Below, piece after piece: positions 1-10,724 of a stretch of DNA of 64,000 bases; the stretch's first letter is position 1; each line of letters starts with the position of its first letter. The notes beneath the pieces are model-generated. The model saw only the letters and a program-made list of their open reading frames with translations. It made no database searches and had not been told where the DNA came from. The stretch is from an uncultured cyanobacterium (GTDB lineage Bacteria > Cyanobacteriota > Cyanobacteriia > Cyanobacteriales > CAWUOF01). The position numbers and the translations under genes were made by a program. The stretch lies in contig CAVUSO010000001.1 in the NCBI GenBank assembly GCA_963744145.1, positions 704,001 to 768,000 of the forward strand, written 5' to 3'.

Positions 1-3000
1 ATTGTGCTTGAGTTTGTTGTAAATTAATCAAAGTTTGCTCTAAATCAAAAGCTTTTTGGTTTAAAGCTTCAGTTTTTCTAGCTACTTCGGATTCTAGAGT
101 TTGAGAATAACTCTCAATTTGTTTATACAGACGAGCATTTTGAATAGATATGGCGGCTTGAGCTGCAAGCAATTGAAGAATATTTACCCGTTCGCTGGTA
201 AATGCTCCCACGGTTAAGTTATTTTCTAAGTACAAAATCCCCATTACTTTGCCTCGTTTACTAATCGGAATACCTAACGCTGATTTAGGTTGATAAGTAA
301 TCACATAGCGATCGTGAGCAAATTGCGGTGTGGTACTTAAGTTATCAAACACAGCCGTTTCTTGAGTCCGAGCCACAGTATAAATCAAACTATGGGGAAT
401 TTCCTGGTATTGTTCGAGGGAAATTTCTAAGATATTCGTGTGCTTTTTGGCAGTTTGAGCAACCACAAACCATTGTTCATCTTGACGCAGAACTAAACAA
501 CCGATTTGTGCCCCAGCATGAGCGATCGCAATATTCATCAAGGTTGCTAATAGTTGATCTAATTCAATTTCTTGTGAGATCGCTTGTGCTGCTCTCATCA
601 CTCCGGGAAAGTCTAACCATAAATTATCGGTGCTAGTGGTGCTAATTAAGCCTCTCATTAGGGTTGAGTTGACGGTTACTCCATGAGTAATCATATTGCC
701 ATCATGTTGAAGAATAGTATTCAGTAATTCTGGATATTTTTGTTCTAAATGAGCAACTTTAGCCTTGGCACCCCAACGAGCATAACAGTAGTACGCTTCT
801 TGCATATATTTTGTGGCGAATTTTTCTTGACCCACAGCAAGATAGAATTTGGCTGCTAGCTCATTAGCTAAGGCTTCTTCTTGGATATATTGATTTTTTT
901 TCGCGATGGCGATCGCGCGATTATAATGATCGATCGCTTCATGGTTTTTTCCTAATACTCGATACTTTTCAGCTCTGAGCAAATCAACCTTATGTTGGTG
1001 ATTCATTGGTGCATAGTGCGCCCAATATTGCTGGAGCTGTAATTCATTTTGTGCTACTCGCTCTAATATTTCTACGGCTGGATCTAAATCAAGATTTAAC
1101 TGTGCCAGAGCAATTAAAGAATCGTAGAAATAAAACGCAGGTTCACCAACAGTTCCGGCACCAGCCCTTAAATATTTTCTACATTCAATCCTGTAGAGTT
1201 TAGCTAGCTCAATTTCCTCAAACCAGAAGCAAAGGGTCAGTTTATGCAAATAGAAGAAATACAGCCCATATAAGTCCTTACCAGCTAGTAACCCATGTAG
1301 AAATTCTGTCTCTTGAAAACAGTTTTCTCCTGACAAAACACAGGGATTTTCTCCAAAACCCAGCAAATTTAAAATAGTTTGCCAACATATTCGGCAGTAA
1401 TTGCTTGTTGTTAACAGGTTCAATTTAACCAATTGATTGCAGTATGCTTTAGCATCTTGCTCCAAGAATACCAGGTCTTGACTAGACCAAAAAGAATTGA
1501 TACAAAAGATTTGTGCTGCATATCCCGCATAGCCCAGGTTGCCAACTTCTAGACTGGTTATGTAAGCATCTTGTAAGACAGATAAAGTTTCTTTAATATG
1601 TAATTTACGATGTAAAATAAACATTCCTAGCACATGTAATATTTGCGACTTGATCGTTTTATTTTCTAGTTTTGAGTTAACTCGGAGTGCTAACTGTCCA
1701 AATTGTGTTCCTCGATCGATATCTTGTAAGGTATTGCACAACATCATGCCATAGGAAACATAGCTATAAGCTGTCATAGATGTGTTTCCATACTGAATAG
1801 ATAGATTGACGGACAAAGAAGTTAACAAGGGATATAAATATGATCCAGTCACTAGAGCAGAGGGCACCATACTATTAGCAACCTGAACGATCACCAATTT
1901 GGTTTGATCTGTCATTATTGGTAGATCTACAAATTCTGCAATCTGTCTGTCTCCAATTAGTCTCCTGATTTCCTCCGTTACCTGCTCAAGGGATGTACTT
2001 GATTCAGTTAATATTATTCCCAGCTGTTCGAGAAACTGTTGACCGATCGCGAGTGCTTCGACTAGCTGATTGCGAGCAGCATTAGCTTGAATTCTCAATC
2101 GATAAATATTGACTTGTTCAAGTAAAGAGTGTGTCTGATGAGTGACAGTTTTAATCAACTCTTCCATTTGCTGAAAATCGCCGCACAAATAAGCCACCTC
2201 AGCTGCTGCTTCATGGAAAGCTAAGGTCATTTCATATTGCTGTTGCCAAGCATTTTCTCCCAACAGCGACAATCCCACTAAAGCATATTCACGCGCTGCT
2301 TGATAAGCTGTTGCTGTTCTAGCTTTACGACAAGCTATAAGATTGAGTTCGACTAATTCATTTCGCTCAGTTTGTTTGGTAATTAAAGAAATTCCATAGT
2401 TTAATTGGTTGACTAGTTCAAAAATACGTTCTTCTCTTTCTTCTGAAGAAATTTGTTGTAATAGGAGTTGTCCAATCTGGTAATGAGTATGCTGTTTTTG
2501 CTCATCAGGAATCAAAGAATAACTTGCTTGTTGAACACGGTCGTGCAAAAATCGATAAGTGGGATTAACTGAGTCTGGGAAAGCTTCTTCACTCTCTGTT
2601 TGGGTAAAAAACTTATAGATTTTGGTAGTGGGAATTACTAAATTTTCCTGTAATGCTTTCCATAAAAGTCTAGCCGTAATTACCGCAGATTTCTCACTGA
2701 CAATTACCAAGGTATTCAAATCAAATTCGGCTCCAATACAAGCCGCTAATTTGAGGATATTCTGAGTTTCTGTCGGCAATTTCTGCAATTGCAAAGCCAT
2801 GAACTCCATAACATTATCGGTAATTGCTAGGGCTTTAACTTGAGCAATGTCACATTGCCAATGTCTACTTTTCCCATCAAAGGTAATTAGCTGATCCTGA
2901 TGTAATGCTTTGAGAAACTGGGTCGCAAAGAAGGGATTCCCATTAGTTTTTTGATAGATTAATTTGGTCAAAGGTTCTGCTAGGGATAAGGTACAATTCA

Positions 3001-4630
3001 GGGTATCTGCTACTAACCAATTTACATCTGATTCGCTTAATGATGGCAAAGTAATTGAATTGACTGTTACTCCATTTTTGCTGATCTCATCCACTGTCAA
3101 AATAAATGGATGTACGCTGGAAACTTCATTATCTCGATAGGCTCCTAATATTAATAAATATCTTTTATCTTGAACTAATAATTTTAGCAAATTTAGCGAA
3201 GCTGAATCCGCCCATTGCAAATCATCCAAAAAAATTACTAAGGGATGTTTAGCATTAATAAACACTTGCACAAACTTTTGCATGAGTAAATTAAAGCGAT
3301 TTTGGGCAGCACTTCCTGATAGTTCCGGTGCTTTTGGCTGTTTACCAATGATGTTTTCTAGTTCAGGAATTACGTCAATTAAAACTTGTCCGTTGTCTCC
3401 TAATGCTACTAAAATCTCAGTTTTCCATATTTGGAGTTGGAGATTTGATTCGGACAGCAATTGTCTCATTAAGTCGCGGAAAGCTTGCACAAATGCACTG
3501 AAGGGAAGGTTACGTTGAAATTGATCATATTTACCTTTAATAAAATAACCTCGTTGTCGCACAATCGGTTTATGCACTTCATTCACAACTGCGGTTTTCC
3601 CAATTCCTGAAAAACCTGCTACTAGCATAATTTCGGTGCTACCTGTGCAGACTCTTTCAAAGGCTGCTAATAGTTGGGTAACTTCTGTTTCCCTACCGTA
3701 GAGTTTTTCTGGAATGGTAAAGCGATCGCTAATATCTCGCTTACCAATTTCAAAATATTCGATCTTACCTGTTGCTACTAATTGTGCTAAACAAATTTCT
3801 AAATCCTGCTTTAATCCCAAGGCACTTTGATAGCGATCTTCCGCATTTTTTGCCATTAGTTTGCTGACAATTTCCGACAAGACTAAGGGAATTTTTGAAT
3901 TAATTTGATGGATAGGAGTCGCTTGTTTGGCTAGATGACAATGCACTAATTCCATTGCATCTTCTGAATCAAATGGTAATACTCCTATCAACAATTCATA
4001 AAATGTGATCCCAAGTGAATAAAAATCACTTCGATAGTCAATCCCTCGATTCATTCTCCCGGTTTGTTCTGGAGAGATATAAGTTAATGTTCCTTCTAAA
4101 ACTTTGGGATTCTCAATTTCTTGAGTTTCTCGTGGCAGCAGGGAAGCAATACTGAAGTCAATTAGTTTGACTTTTTTACTAGCTGGGTTAATTAATATAT
4201 TAGCAGGTTTAATGTCTTTATGAATGATTCTATTTTGGTAAAGATAGTTGAGAATATCTGCGAGTTGAATGGCAATATTAAAAAATTCTATTAATGGTAA
4301 CGATGTATGTTTTTGGTTCTGCTCTATCCCGATCTTTAGATAATCAGACAGCGAAATTCCCTGAAAATCTTCCATCACTAAGATATAGCTATTGCGATAT
4401 GGCTCTAAAGTCAGGGTTTTGATAATGTGAGTGAAGCTAATGTTTTTAGCAATGGTATATTGGTTACAAAACTGGACTATTTCGTTAAAAGTAGGATATT
4501 CATTTCGCAATAATTTAATTACTACAGGTGCTTGATCACTTTCCCTTAGTCCTCGATATACTATAGTGCGAGTACCTAGATAAAGTTGCTCGGTAATCTG
4601 GTAACCTAATATACTTAAAATTGTATTCAT
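1..4630 (-). CDS. Large Ser/Thr protein kinase + AAA ATPase + GAF sensor protein, 3' end outside the window
   Basis: Not in the ORF track because it runs off the left edge. Manual minus-strand translation from the ATG at 4630 gives kinase motifs RIIHKDIKPANI and KLIDFSIA, Walker A AGFSGIGKT (~3600) and a GAF end LYLENN..GAFT.ER...LQLLAAQAAISI.NARLY (~130-240). A C-terminal His kinase is typical for this family but is not visible. Confidence 0.9.
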   Translation of the reverse strand, partial: MNTILSILGYQITEQLYLGTRTIVYRGLRESDQAPVVIKLLRNEYPTFNEIVQFCNQYTIAKNISFTHIIKTLTLEPYRNSYILVMEDFQGISLSDYLKIGIEQNQKHTSLPLIEFFNIAIQLADILNYLYQNRIIHKDIKPANILINPASKKVKLIDFSIASLLPRETQEIENPKVLEGTLTYISPEQTGRMNRGIDYRSDFYSLGITFYELLIGVLPFDSEDAMELVHCHLAKQATPIHQINSKIPLVLSEIVSKLMAKNAEDRYQSALGLKQDLEICLAQLVATGKIEYFEIGKRDISDRFTIPEKLYGRETEVTQLLAAFERVCTGSTEIMLVAGFSGIGKTAVVNEVHKPIVRQRGYFIKGKYDQFQRNLPFSAFVQAFRDLMRQLLSESNLQLQIWKTEILVALGDNGQVLIDVIPELENIIGKQPKAPELSGSAAQNRFNLLMQKFVQVFINAKHPLVIFLDDLQWADSASLNLLKLLVQDKRYLLILGAYRDNEVSSVHPFILTVDEISKNGVTVNSITLPSLSESDVNWLVADTLNCTLSLAEPLTKLIYQKTNGNPFFATQFLKALHQDQLITFDGKSRHWQCDIAQVKALAITDNVMEFMALQLQKLPTETQNILKLAACIGAEFDLNTLVIVSEKSAVITARLLWKALQENLVIPTTKIYKFFTQTESEEAFPDSVNPTYRFLHDRVQQASYSLIPDEQKQHTHYQIGQLLLQQISSEEREERIFELVNQLNYGISLITKQTERNELVELNLIACRKARTATAYQAAREYALVGLSLLGENAWQQQYEMTLAFHEAAAEVAYLCGDFQQMEELIKTVTHQTHSLLEQVNIYRLRIQANAARNQLVEALAIGQQFLEQLGIILTESSTSLEQVTEEIRRLIGDRQIAEFVDLPIMTDQTKLVIVQVANSMVPSALVTGSYLYPLLTSLSVNLSIQYGNTSMTAYSYVSYGMMLCNTLQDIDRGTQFGQLALRVNSKLENKTIKSQILHVLGMFILHRKLHIKETLSVLQDAYITSLEVGNLGYAGYAAQIFCINSFWSSQDLVFLEQDAKAYCNQLVKLNLLTTSNYCRICWQTILNLLGFGENPCVLSGENCFQETEFLHGLLAGKDLYGLYFFYLHKLTLCFWFEEIELAKLYRIECRKYLRAGAGTVGEPAFYFYDSLIALAQLNLDLDPAVEILERVAQNELQLQQYWAHYAPMNHQHKVDLLRAEKYRVLGKNHEAIDHYNRAIAIAKKNQYIQEEALANELAAKFYLAVGQEKFATKYMQEAYYCYARWGAKAKVAHLEQKYPELLNTILQHDGNMITHGVTVNSTLMRGLISTTSTDNLWLDFPGVMRAAQAISQEIELDQLLATLMNIAIAHAGAQIGCLVLRQDEQWFVVAQTAKKHTNILEISLEQYQEIPHSLIYTVARTQETAVFDNLSTTPQFAHDRYVITYQPKSALGIPISKRGKVMGILYLENNLTVGAFTSERVNILQLLAAQAAISIQNARLYKQIESYSQTLESEVARKTEALNQKAFDLEQTLINLQQTQAQ

Positions 4631-4929
4631 AATCTAGTTATTGTGACAATTTGACTAATTAGCAAGTTTAACCTTAGAAAAAATATGTGAATAATTTGTG
4701 AATTTAAAGAAAAATTTATAACCTGAACTTTCCCCTATATAAGTGAGTATAGTTAACCTAAATGAAACGTGAAACAAATTGTATCCGTATTTATAGGAGC
4801 GAAGCAGGTTGAATCCCTGTCCAGTCGTTCCACCGGAATGTCTCTACGCTTGGATTGGGATATATTTAATCTATTAACTCAGGATCAACTATCAAAAATA
4901 TGTCAACTATTAGACAAACGCATGATTAC

Positions 4930-4989
4930 TGTAGGATAGCGATCGCCCACTACTATTTCTGGTGGTGTCAATGAATAGACACCCCTACA
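4930..4989. repeat. GTAG-type REP-like palindromic element
   Basis: Starts tgtagg and ends cctaca, with an internal hairpin GGTGTC-N8-GACACC; intergenic. Confidence 0.45.
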
Positions 4990-5127
4990 CAACCTAGTTA
5001 GATTGCTGATATGCTTGGGCCAATCTTTCCGAACTGCCTTGATTTCATATATACTGTTAATCGCAATTAATCTAGATCCTATAGTCAACCTATTGTCATC
5101 GAATCGGGAACCAGAGAAAAAGTTTAA

Positions 5128-6174
5128 ATGACACAATCGATCTCCAACTCACTAGAATCATTCCGAGTCTTAGCACTCCAGATTACCTGCTATGCAGTTA
5201 ATCAAGCTCGCGATCGCCAAGAAGCTCGCATAATTATGCAAGAAGCGATCGCTAGATTATCTCAACAAATCGCTGCTAGTATTGCGTTTATTGGTTCTGA
5301 CTGTAAATTAATAGTCTTACCAGAATATTTTCTCACTGGTTTTCCCATGAGAGAATCTCTAGCTGGTTGGGGAGAAAAAGCTGGGTTAGAAATGGATGGT
5401 CCTGAATATGAAGCTCTTGGTAAAATATCCCAGCAACAGCAAATATTTTTAGCTGGAAATGCTTACGAAACTGATCCAAATTTTCCGGGGTTATATTTCC
5501 AAACTTGCTTTGTCATTGATCCAAGTGGTTCAATTATTTTGCGCTATCGACGATTAAATTCTCTCTTTGCACCAACACCCGGTGATGTCTGGGATAAATA
5601 TCTTGAATGCTATGGATTGGAGGGAGTTTTTCCCGTAGCTAAAACTGCGATCGGTAATTTAGCTGCGATCGCATCTGAAGAAATTTTATATCCAGAAGTA
5701 GCCAGATGTTTAGCGATGCGAGGAGCAGAAATTTTTCTCCATTCTACCTCAGAAGTCTATGGGAAAGAGCGATTGCCTAAAGAAGCTGCCAAAATTTCTC
5801 GTGCTGTCGAAAATATGGCATATATTGTATCAGCGAATACAGCAGGAATCGCTAATATTCCGATACCAATAGCTTCGGCTGATGGTGGTTCTAAAATTAT
5901 TGACTATCGCGGTTTAGTTTTGGCTGAAACTGCTACTGGAGAAAGTATGGCAGCATTTGCAGAAATTGATCTATTAGCTTTAAGAAGATATCGTCGTCGT
6001 CCGGGATTAAATAATCTTCTCGCTCGACAACGGTTTGAATTATATGCAGAAAGTTATCGTCAGTTTCAATTTTATCCACCTAATAGTATGAGTAAGGGTG
6101 ATGTAGATCGAAAACACTTTCTCCAAACTCAGCAAGAAACTATTGAACGTTTATCTAAACTGGGGATAATTTAA
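5128..6174 (+). CDS. Nitrilase / carbon-nitrogen hydrolase superfamily protein with an atypical catalytic triad
   Basis: LIVLPEY, YFQTCFVIDPSG, YPEVARCLAMRGAEI and RAVENMAYIVSAN match the CN-hydrolase fold. The Lys and Cys triad positions read Arg and Ser. Confidence 0.85.
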   Translation: MTQSISNSLESFRVLALQITCYAVNQARDRQEARIIMQEAIARLSQQIAASIAFIGSDCKLIVLPEYFLTGFPMRESLAGWGEKAGLEMDGPEYEALGKISQQQQIFLAGNAYETDPNFPGLYFQTCFVIDPSGSIILRYRRLNSLFAPTPGDVWDKYLECYGLEGVFPVAKTAIGNLAAIASEEILYPEVARCLAMRGAEIFLHSTSEVYGKERLPKEAAKISRAVENMAYIVSANTAGIANIPIPIASADGGSKIIDYRGLVLAETATGESMAAFAEIDLLALRRYRRRPGLNNLLARQRFELYAESYRQFQFYPPNSMSKGDVDRKHFLQTQQETIERLSKLGII

Positions 6175-6177
6175 AAT

Positions 6178-7596
6178 ATGACGGCAAAAATTGATGTTCG
6201 CAATCCGAGAACTGGAAAAATTGATTATGAGATTACCCCACCAAATCAAAAGGAATTAGCGGAACAATGCGATCGCTTACGTCAAAATCAAATTAATTGG
6301 CACCACCAAGGATTAGTAGGACGTATTCAAGTCATCCAAGCTTGGAGACAAATTTTATTAGATCATCAAGAAGAGCTGATTAAAGCTTTAGTAACTGACA
6401 CGGGTAGACTGTCCGTATCAATTCTGGAAGTTGAATCATTTATTGCTAGTTTAGAACGGTGGTGTCGGTTAGCACCAGAATTATTAAAAGAAGAATCAAA
6501 AATAACCACAGTGCCATTTATTAAACTCCAAAGTAAAACTGTTCCTTATAGTTTAGTAGGGATAATCAGTCCTTGGAATTTTCCTCTATTGCTGTCTACT
6601 ATTGATACTATACCAGCTTTATTAGCGGGATGTGCTGTCATAGTAAAACCCAGTGAGATTACTCCCCGTTTTATCCAACCACTCCGTCAAACTATTGCGG
6701 CAATTCCGGAATTAGCAAATATATTAACTTATGTAGAAGGTGCGGGAGATACAGGTGCAGATTTAATTGAATATGTTGATTTAGTATGTTTTACGGGTAG
6801 TGTGACAACTGGAAAAAAAGTAGCAGCAGCAGCAGCTAAACGTTTGATTCCAGCTTGTTTAGAATTAGGAGGTAAAGATCCAGCAATAGTATTAGCATCA
6901 GCAGATTTAGAATTAGCAACCTCAGCCATATTGTGGGGGTCGGTTGTTAATACTGGTCAATCCTGTCTTTCGATCGAGCGGATTTATGTAGCTGAGTCTA
7001 TTTTTGAAAATTTTATCACAGAATTGGTCAAAAAAGCACAGAAATTAAAATTAGCTTATCCGACTCTTGAAAGTGGGGAAATTGGTCCGATAATTGCCGA
7101 AAGTCAAGCCCAGATTATTGCTGACCATTTGGATGATGCAGTTGCAAAAAAAGCAGTTATTAGATGTGGAGGTAAAATTAAACAATTAGACGGAGGATTA
7201 TGGTGTGAACCGACGGTACTGACCGAAGTAAATCATACCATGAAAGTGATGCAATCGGAAACTTTTGGACCATTGATGCCGGTGATGAGATTTGGTAATG
7301 TGGAAGAAGCAATTAATTTAGCCAATGACTCTATCTATGGACTCAGTGCTGCTGTTTTTGCTGGTACGGAAACAGAAGCGATCGCAGTAGGAGAAAAAAT
7401 AGATGTAGGTGCCATTAGCATTAATGATGCAGCATTAACAGCGATTATCCATGAAGGAGAAAAAAATGCCTTTAAATTTTCTGGGATAGGAGGTTCGCGG
7501 ATGGGAGGAGCAGCTTTAAAAAGATTTATGCGAAAAAAAGCTTTTTTAATTAAAACTGAGTCTATTTCTGATCCCTGGTGGTTTATAATCAAATAA
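6178..7596 (+). CDS. Aldehyde dehydrogenase family protein
   Basis: ISPWNFP, KPSE, FTGS, LELGGKD (catalytic Glu), GQSC (catalytic Cys), ETFGP. Confidence 0.95.
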   Translation: MTAKIDVRNPRTGKIDYEITPPNQKELAEQCDRLRQNQINWHHQGLVGRIQVIQAWRQILLDHQEELIKALVTDTGRLSVSILEVESFIASLERWCRLAPELLKEESKITTVPFIKLQSKTVPYSLVGIISPWNFPLLLSTIDTIPALLAGCAVIVKPSEITPRFIQPLRQTIAAIPELANILTYVEGAGDTGADLIEYVDLVCFTGSVTTGKKVAAAAAKRLIPACLELGGKDPAIVLASADLELATSAILWGSVVNTGQSCLSIERIYVAESIFENFITELVKKAQKLKLAYPTLESGEIGPIIAESQAQIIADHLDDAVAKKAVIRCGGKIKQLDGGLWCEPTVLTEVNHTMKVMQSETFGPLMPVMRFGNVEEAINLANDSIYGLSAAVFAGTETEAIAVGEKIDVGAISINDAALTAIIHEGEKNAFKFSGIGGSRMGGAALKRFMRKKAFLIKTESISDPWWFIIK

Positions 7597-7612
7597 ATTA
7601 AGGAGATACACC

Positions 7613-8062
7613 ATGTCTATTCGTACTGAAATGCCCTTACTTGCCCGACATGAAGGAGATTGGTTAGGTACATATATTCTGATCGATATCAGAGGTAACA
7701 TCATCGATCAACATAAATCTCATTTAACTTGTCAATTTCCGGAAGATGGTTCCCATGACTATTATCAGATTAATCGCTATATCTGGGATGATGATAAAAA
7801 AGAAGAAATTCATTTTCCCGGCACTTACAAAGATCAAAAACTTTGGTTTGATATGGAACGCATAAAAGGATATGCTTGGGAAATAGACCCCATGACCATT
7901 ATTCTGACTTGGACTTATAAAATTATCCCAGATCAATATTTATATGAAATGATTCAGCTTAGTCCCTGTGGTAACTATCGTAGTCGGACTTGGCACTGGT
8001 TTAAAAACAATAAAGTTTATCAGCGCACATTAATTCAAGAAGAACGGATGCAATCACAATAA
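7613..8062 (+). CDS. Small calycin/lipocalin-like beta-barrel protein (DUF3598-like)
   Basis: N-terminal HEGDWLG (GxW) and alternating aromatic beta-strand pattern; RBS AGGAG upstream; in an operon. Confidence 0.55.
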   Translation: MSIRTEMPLLARHEGDWLGTYILIDIRGNIIDQHKSHLTCQFPEDGSHDYYQINRYIWDDDKKEEIHFPGTYKDQKLWFDMERIKGYAWEIDPMTIILTWTYKIIPDQYLYEMIQLSPCGNYRSRTWHWFKNNKVYQRTLIQEERMQSQ

Positions 8063-8067
8063 ACAAG

Positions 8068-9087
8068 ATGGTAAATTTGGAAAGATTAACAACCTATCGA
8101 AAACTAATTGCTAAACAGTTTAGTCAAGACTTTAAATCAGCGATCGCAATTGTCGAAGTTAATCTAATTAAACCTGCTGCTCATGAAATAGTAATTCAGA
8201 ATAAGTTTGCGGGAATAAATGCTGGTTTTGATACCTTAATTACTCAAGGTAAAGTACCTTATATACAGCTAACTCCACCTTTTGATTTAGGAGTAGAAGC
8301 TGTCGGAGAAATAGTAGCACTTGGAGATCAGGTTACTCATCTTCATATTGGTGATCCGGTAGCTACTACTATTCGTGGTGGAGGTTATCGCGAATATCAA
8401 GTTATTGATGTTAATTTAGTGGTAAAAATTCCTCAAGCAACTCCAGAAGTTTTAACAATTATGCCCACTGGGGTTTCATCTTTAGTTGCGTTAGAACAAG
8501 TAGGAGAGATGAAAAGTCAAGAAATTGTGTTAGTCACAGCTGCTGCTGGAGGAACGGGACATATTGCAGTACAAATAGCGAAATTAGCAGGAAATCATGT
8601 AATAGGGGTCTGTGGTGGGGAAGCAAAATCAGCATTACTTCAACAACTTGGTTGCGATCGGGTGATTAACTATAAAGTTGAAAATTTAGATCAAGTGCTT
8701 CAGCAAGAATATCCCCAAGGAATTAATTTAATATTTGAGTGTGTGGGTAAAAATATCTTTGATATCTGTGTCAATCACTTAGCTCCTCGGGGACGTTTAA
8801 TTGTAATGGGATTTATCTCTGATTATACTGATCAGTTAGAACAAGTATATCAACCAAGGATTTATAGTAAATTATTATGGAAAGCTGCATCAATTCGTGG
8901 TTTTTTGATGCCCATTTATTCCGAATATATCCCAGCAGCTCGCGATCGCTTGTTAAATCTTTTTCATACAGGTAAAATCAAAGTAATCGTTGATCCCACA
9001 GAATTTCGGGGTCTTGAATCTATCCCTGATGCTGTTGAATATCTCCTGAATGGTAAAAATTATGGCAAAGTAGTAGTTAGATTTTAA
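8068..9087 (+). CDS. MDR-family NADPH oxidoreductase (quinone / enone reductase-like)
   Basis: AGINAGFD, LGVEAVG, VLVTAAAGGTG, C-terminal GKVVV; no Zn-binding Cys set. Confidence 0.88.
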   Translation: MVNLERLTTYRKLIAKQFSQDFKSAIAIVEVNLIKPAAHEIVIQNKFAGINAGFDTLITQGKVPYIQLTPPFDLGVEAVGEIVALGDQVTHLHIGDPVATTIRGGGYREYQVIDVNLVVKIPQATPEVLTIMPTGVSSLVALEQVGEMKSQEIVLVTAAAGGTGHIAVQIAKLAGNHVIGVCGGEAKSALLQQLGCDRVINYKVENLDQVLQQEYPQGINLIFECVGKNIFDICVNHLAPRGRLIVMGFISDYTDQLEQVYQPRIYSKLLWKAASIRGFLMPIYSEYIPAARDRLLNLFHTGKIKVIVDPTEFRGLESIPDAVEYLLNGKNYGKVVVRF

Positions 9088-9390
9088 GCAATCATCAATT
9101 TGACAAAATCTAACAATACAATATTTCTCTGATCACCAGGGTAATTGCATCTCAAATACTCTTGACCGATGCTTCTTCGATCATCAACTCACTCTGACAT
9201 CTAGATTAAGTGGAATTTTATAGTTAATTGCTTGTATCACATATATGTATTTTTGTCAATGCTGGGCATCACACATAAATAATACTCTAGTCACAGATTA
9301 ATAAATCTACATACAATAATATTAAGTTACGTACAAATAAAAATTAGTACGTTGAATTTTGATTAATTTAGGTTCAATGGGTGCATTTTT

Positions 9391-9990
9391 ATGGAAAATA
9401 ACGAAAATAGTCCAGGGAAAAATAGCAATTCAAGCATTGTAAAACCTTCAATCCTGAAAATTATCAAATTCTTTACCAAAGTAGGAGCTACAGCTTTTGG
9501 TGGTGGAGTACCTGTACACTTATGCGATAATTTCTTGAGAAACAAATGGTTAAATGAACAAGAGTGTTTAGAGGCACTTAATCTATGTCAAACTTTGCCA
9601 GGTGCTACTAGCGTTAATCTAGCCACATTTATTGGATGGCGTTTTCAAGGTTTGATTGGAGCTTTAGTTTCTCCTTTTGTTTTGTTATTACCAGGGGCTA
9701 TAATTATCCTCATAGTATCAAATATTTTGGCTGTATTACCCCAACAAACTATTATTGAAGGAGCGCTCTCCGCCACAGCAGCGGCCTCAATTGGGATGTG
9801 GTTAGGAACAGCAATTAGATTTGCATTATCACTGAAGCAGAAGCAATTTTCATTAATAATTACCTTAATCACATTTGTGTTTGTAGGGATTTATCGATTA
9901 CCAGTTCCTTTGATTATCTTATCTACAGGACTGATTGTTTTTATTTGGAATAAATTGCAGAAGGTAGAAGTAAATGAACGTACTAATTGA
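9391..9990 (+). CDS. chrA: Short-chain chromate transporter (CHR family), first subunit
   Basis: GATAFGGG and CQTLPG CHR motifs; hydrophobic. Confidence 0.85.
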   Translation: MENNENSPGKNSNSSIVKPSILKIIKFFTKVGATAFGGGVPVHLCDNFLRNKWLNEQECLEALNLCQTLPGATSVNLATFIGWRFQGLIGALVSPFVLLLPGAIIILIVSNILAVLPQQTIIEGALSATAAASIGMWLGTAIRFALSLKQKQFSLIITLITFVFVGIYRLPVPLIILSTGLIVFIWNKLQKVEVNERTN

Positions 9991-10510
9991 CTTGTTTTTT
10001 AATTTCATGTACATAGCATTGTTAAGTTTTGGTAATGCTATGGCAACTATTCCAGAAATAGAAAAATTGATTACACTCCATAATTGGATGGATCATAAGA
10101 CCTATGCTGAAATCTACGCATTAGGCCAATTAGTACCTGGTTCAAATATGCTTCATATTCTTCTAATTGGGAATCATGTAGCTGGTTTACCAGGTGCGAT
10201 CGCGGTGGGGATGGGAATGTTTTTGCCTACTTCTTTATTAGTGTATGGAATTGCCAGATTCATAAAAATTTCCAATTCTCCGGCATGGCTTAATAATTTT
10301 AATACGGTGCTAAACCCTATTACTATTGGTATACTCTTTGCTATTGCCTGGAATCTCAGCCAAGGGTTTTTCAATAATATTTTCCTGGTTGTTGTTTGTG
10401 GTGTTACTGTTTTATTAACGACAAAGCGTTTACTTTCTTCTGCTTGGATCGTATTGTTAGCAGCTTTTATCGGTGCTTTACAAGCTTACATATTTTTTGA
10501 TCCAGTCTGA
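9974..10510 (+). CDS. chrA: Short-chain chromate transporter (CHR family), second subunit
   Basis: LLSFG, YALGQLVPG, GLPGA, FLP motifs; overlaps the first subunit as in paired short CHR genes. Confidence 0.85.
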   Translation: MNVLIDLFFNFMYIALLSFGNAMATIPEIEKLITLHNWMDHKTYAEIYALGQLVPGSNMLHILLIGNHVAGLPGAIAVGMGMFLPTSLLVYGIARFIKISNSPAWLNNFNTVLNPITIGILFAIAWNLSQGFFNNIFLVVVCGVTVLLTTKRLLSSAWIVLLAAFIGALQAYIFFDPV

Positions 10511-10528
10511 CAATTATTTTGAAAGGTT

Positions 10529-10564
10529 AAAAAAGCTGAGAAAGTTTAATTTCTCGGCTTTTTT
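10529..10564. terminator. Bidirectional intrinsic terminator
   Basis: AAAAAAGCTGAGAAA-loop-TTTCTCGGCTTTTTT between the convergent chr and chlH genes. Confidence 0.75.
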
Positions 10565-10620
10565 GAGCTAATCCCAATTTACTCGGTCAGATATATTAAA
10601 TCTAAGATTGAATTGTTGAC

Positions 10621-10697
10621 GATTGATCTGTGGGTGAGAGTGGGTTTTTATAATTAGTTGGTAGCGCTGCGAGTTACTGGTGAAACCGCTCATACCA
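10621..10697. repeat. Degenerate copy of the REP-like element at 21596-21672
   Basis: gattgatctgtgggtgagagtgggtttt...tggtgaaaccgctcatac versus attgatctgtgttggttgggcgggtttt...tggtgaacccgcccctac. Confidence 0.55.
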
Positions 10698-10724
10698 CAA
10701 TATCTTTAACTGAACCCTATTGAA

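Noticed and set aside
328..3518. Short plus-strand ORFs at 328, 1006 and 3282
   Set aside because: Antisense shadows of the long kinase gene.
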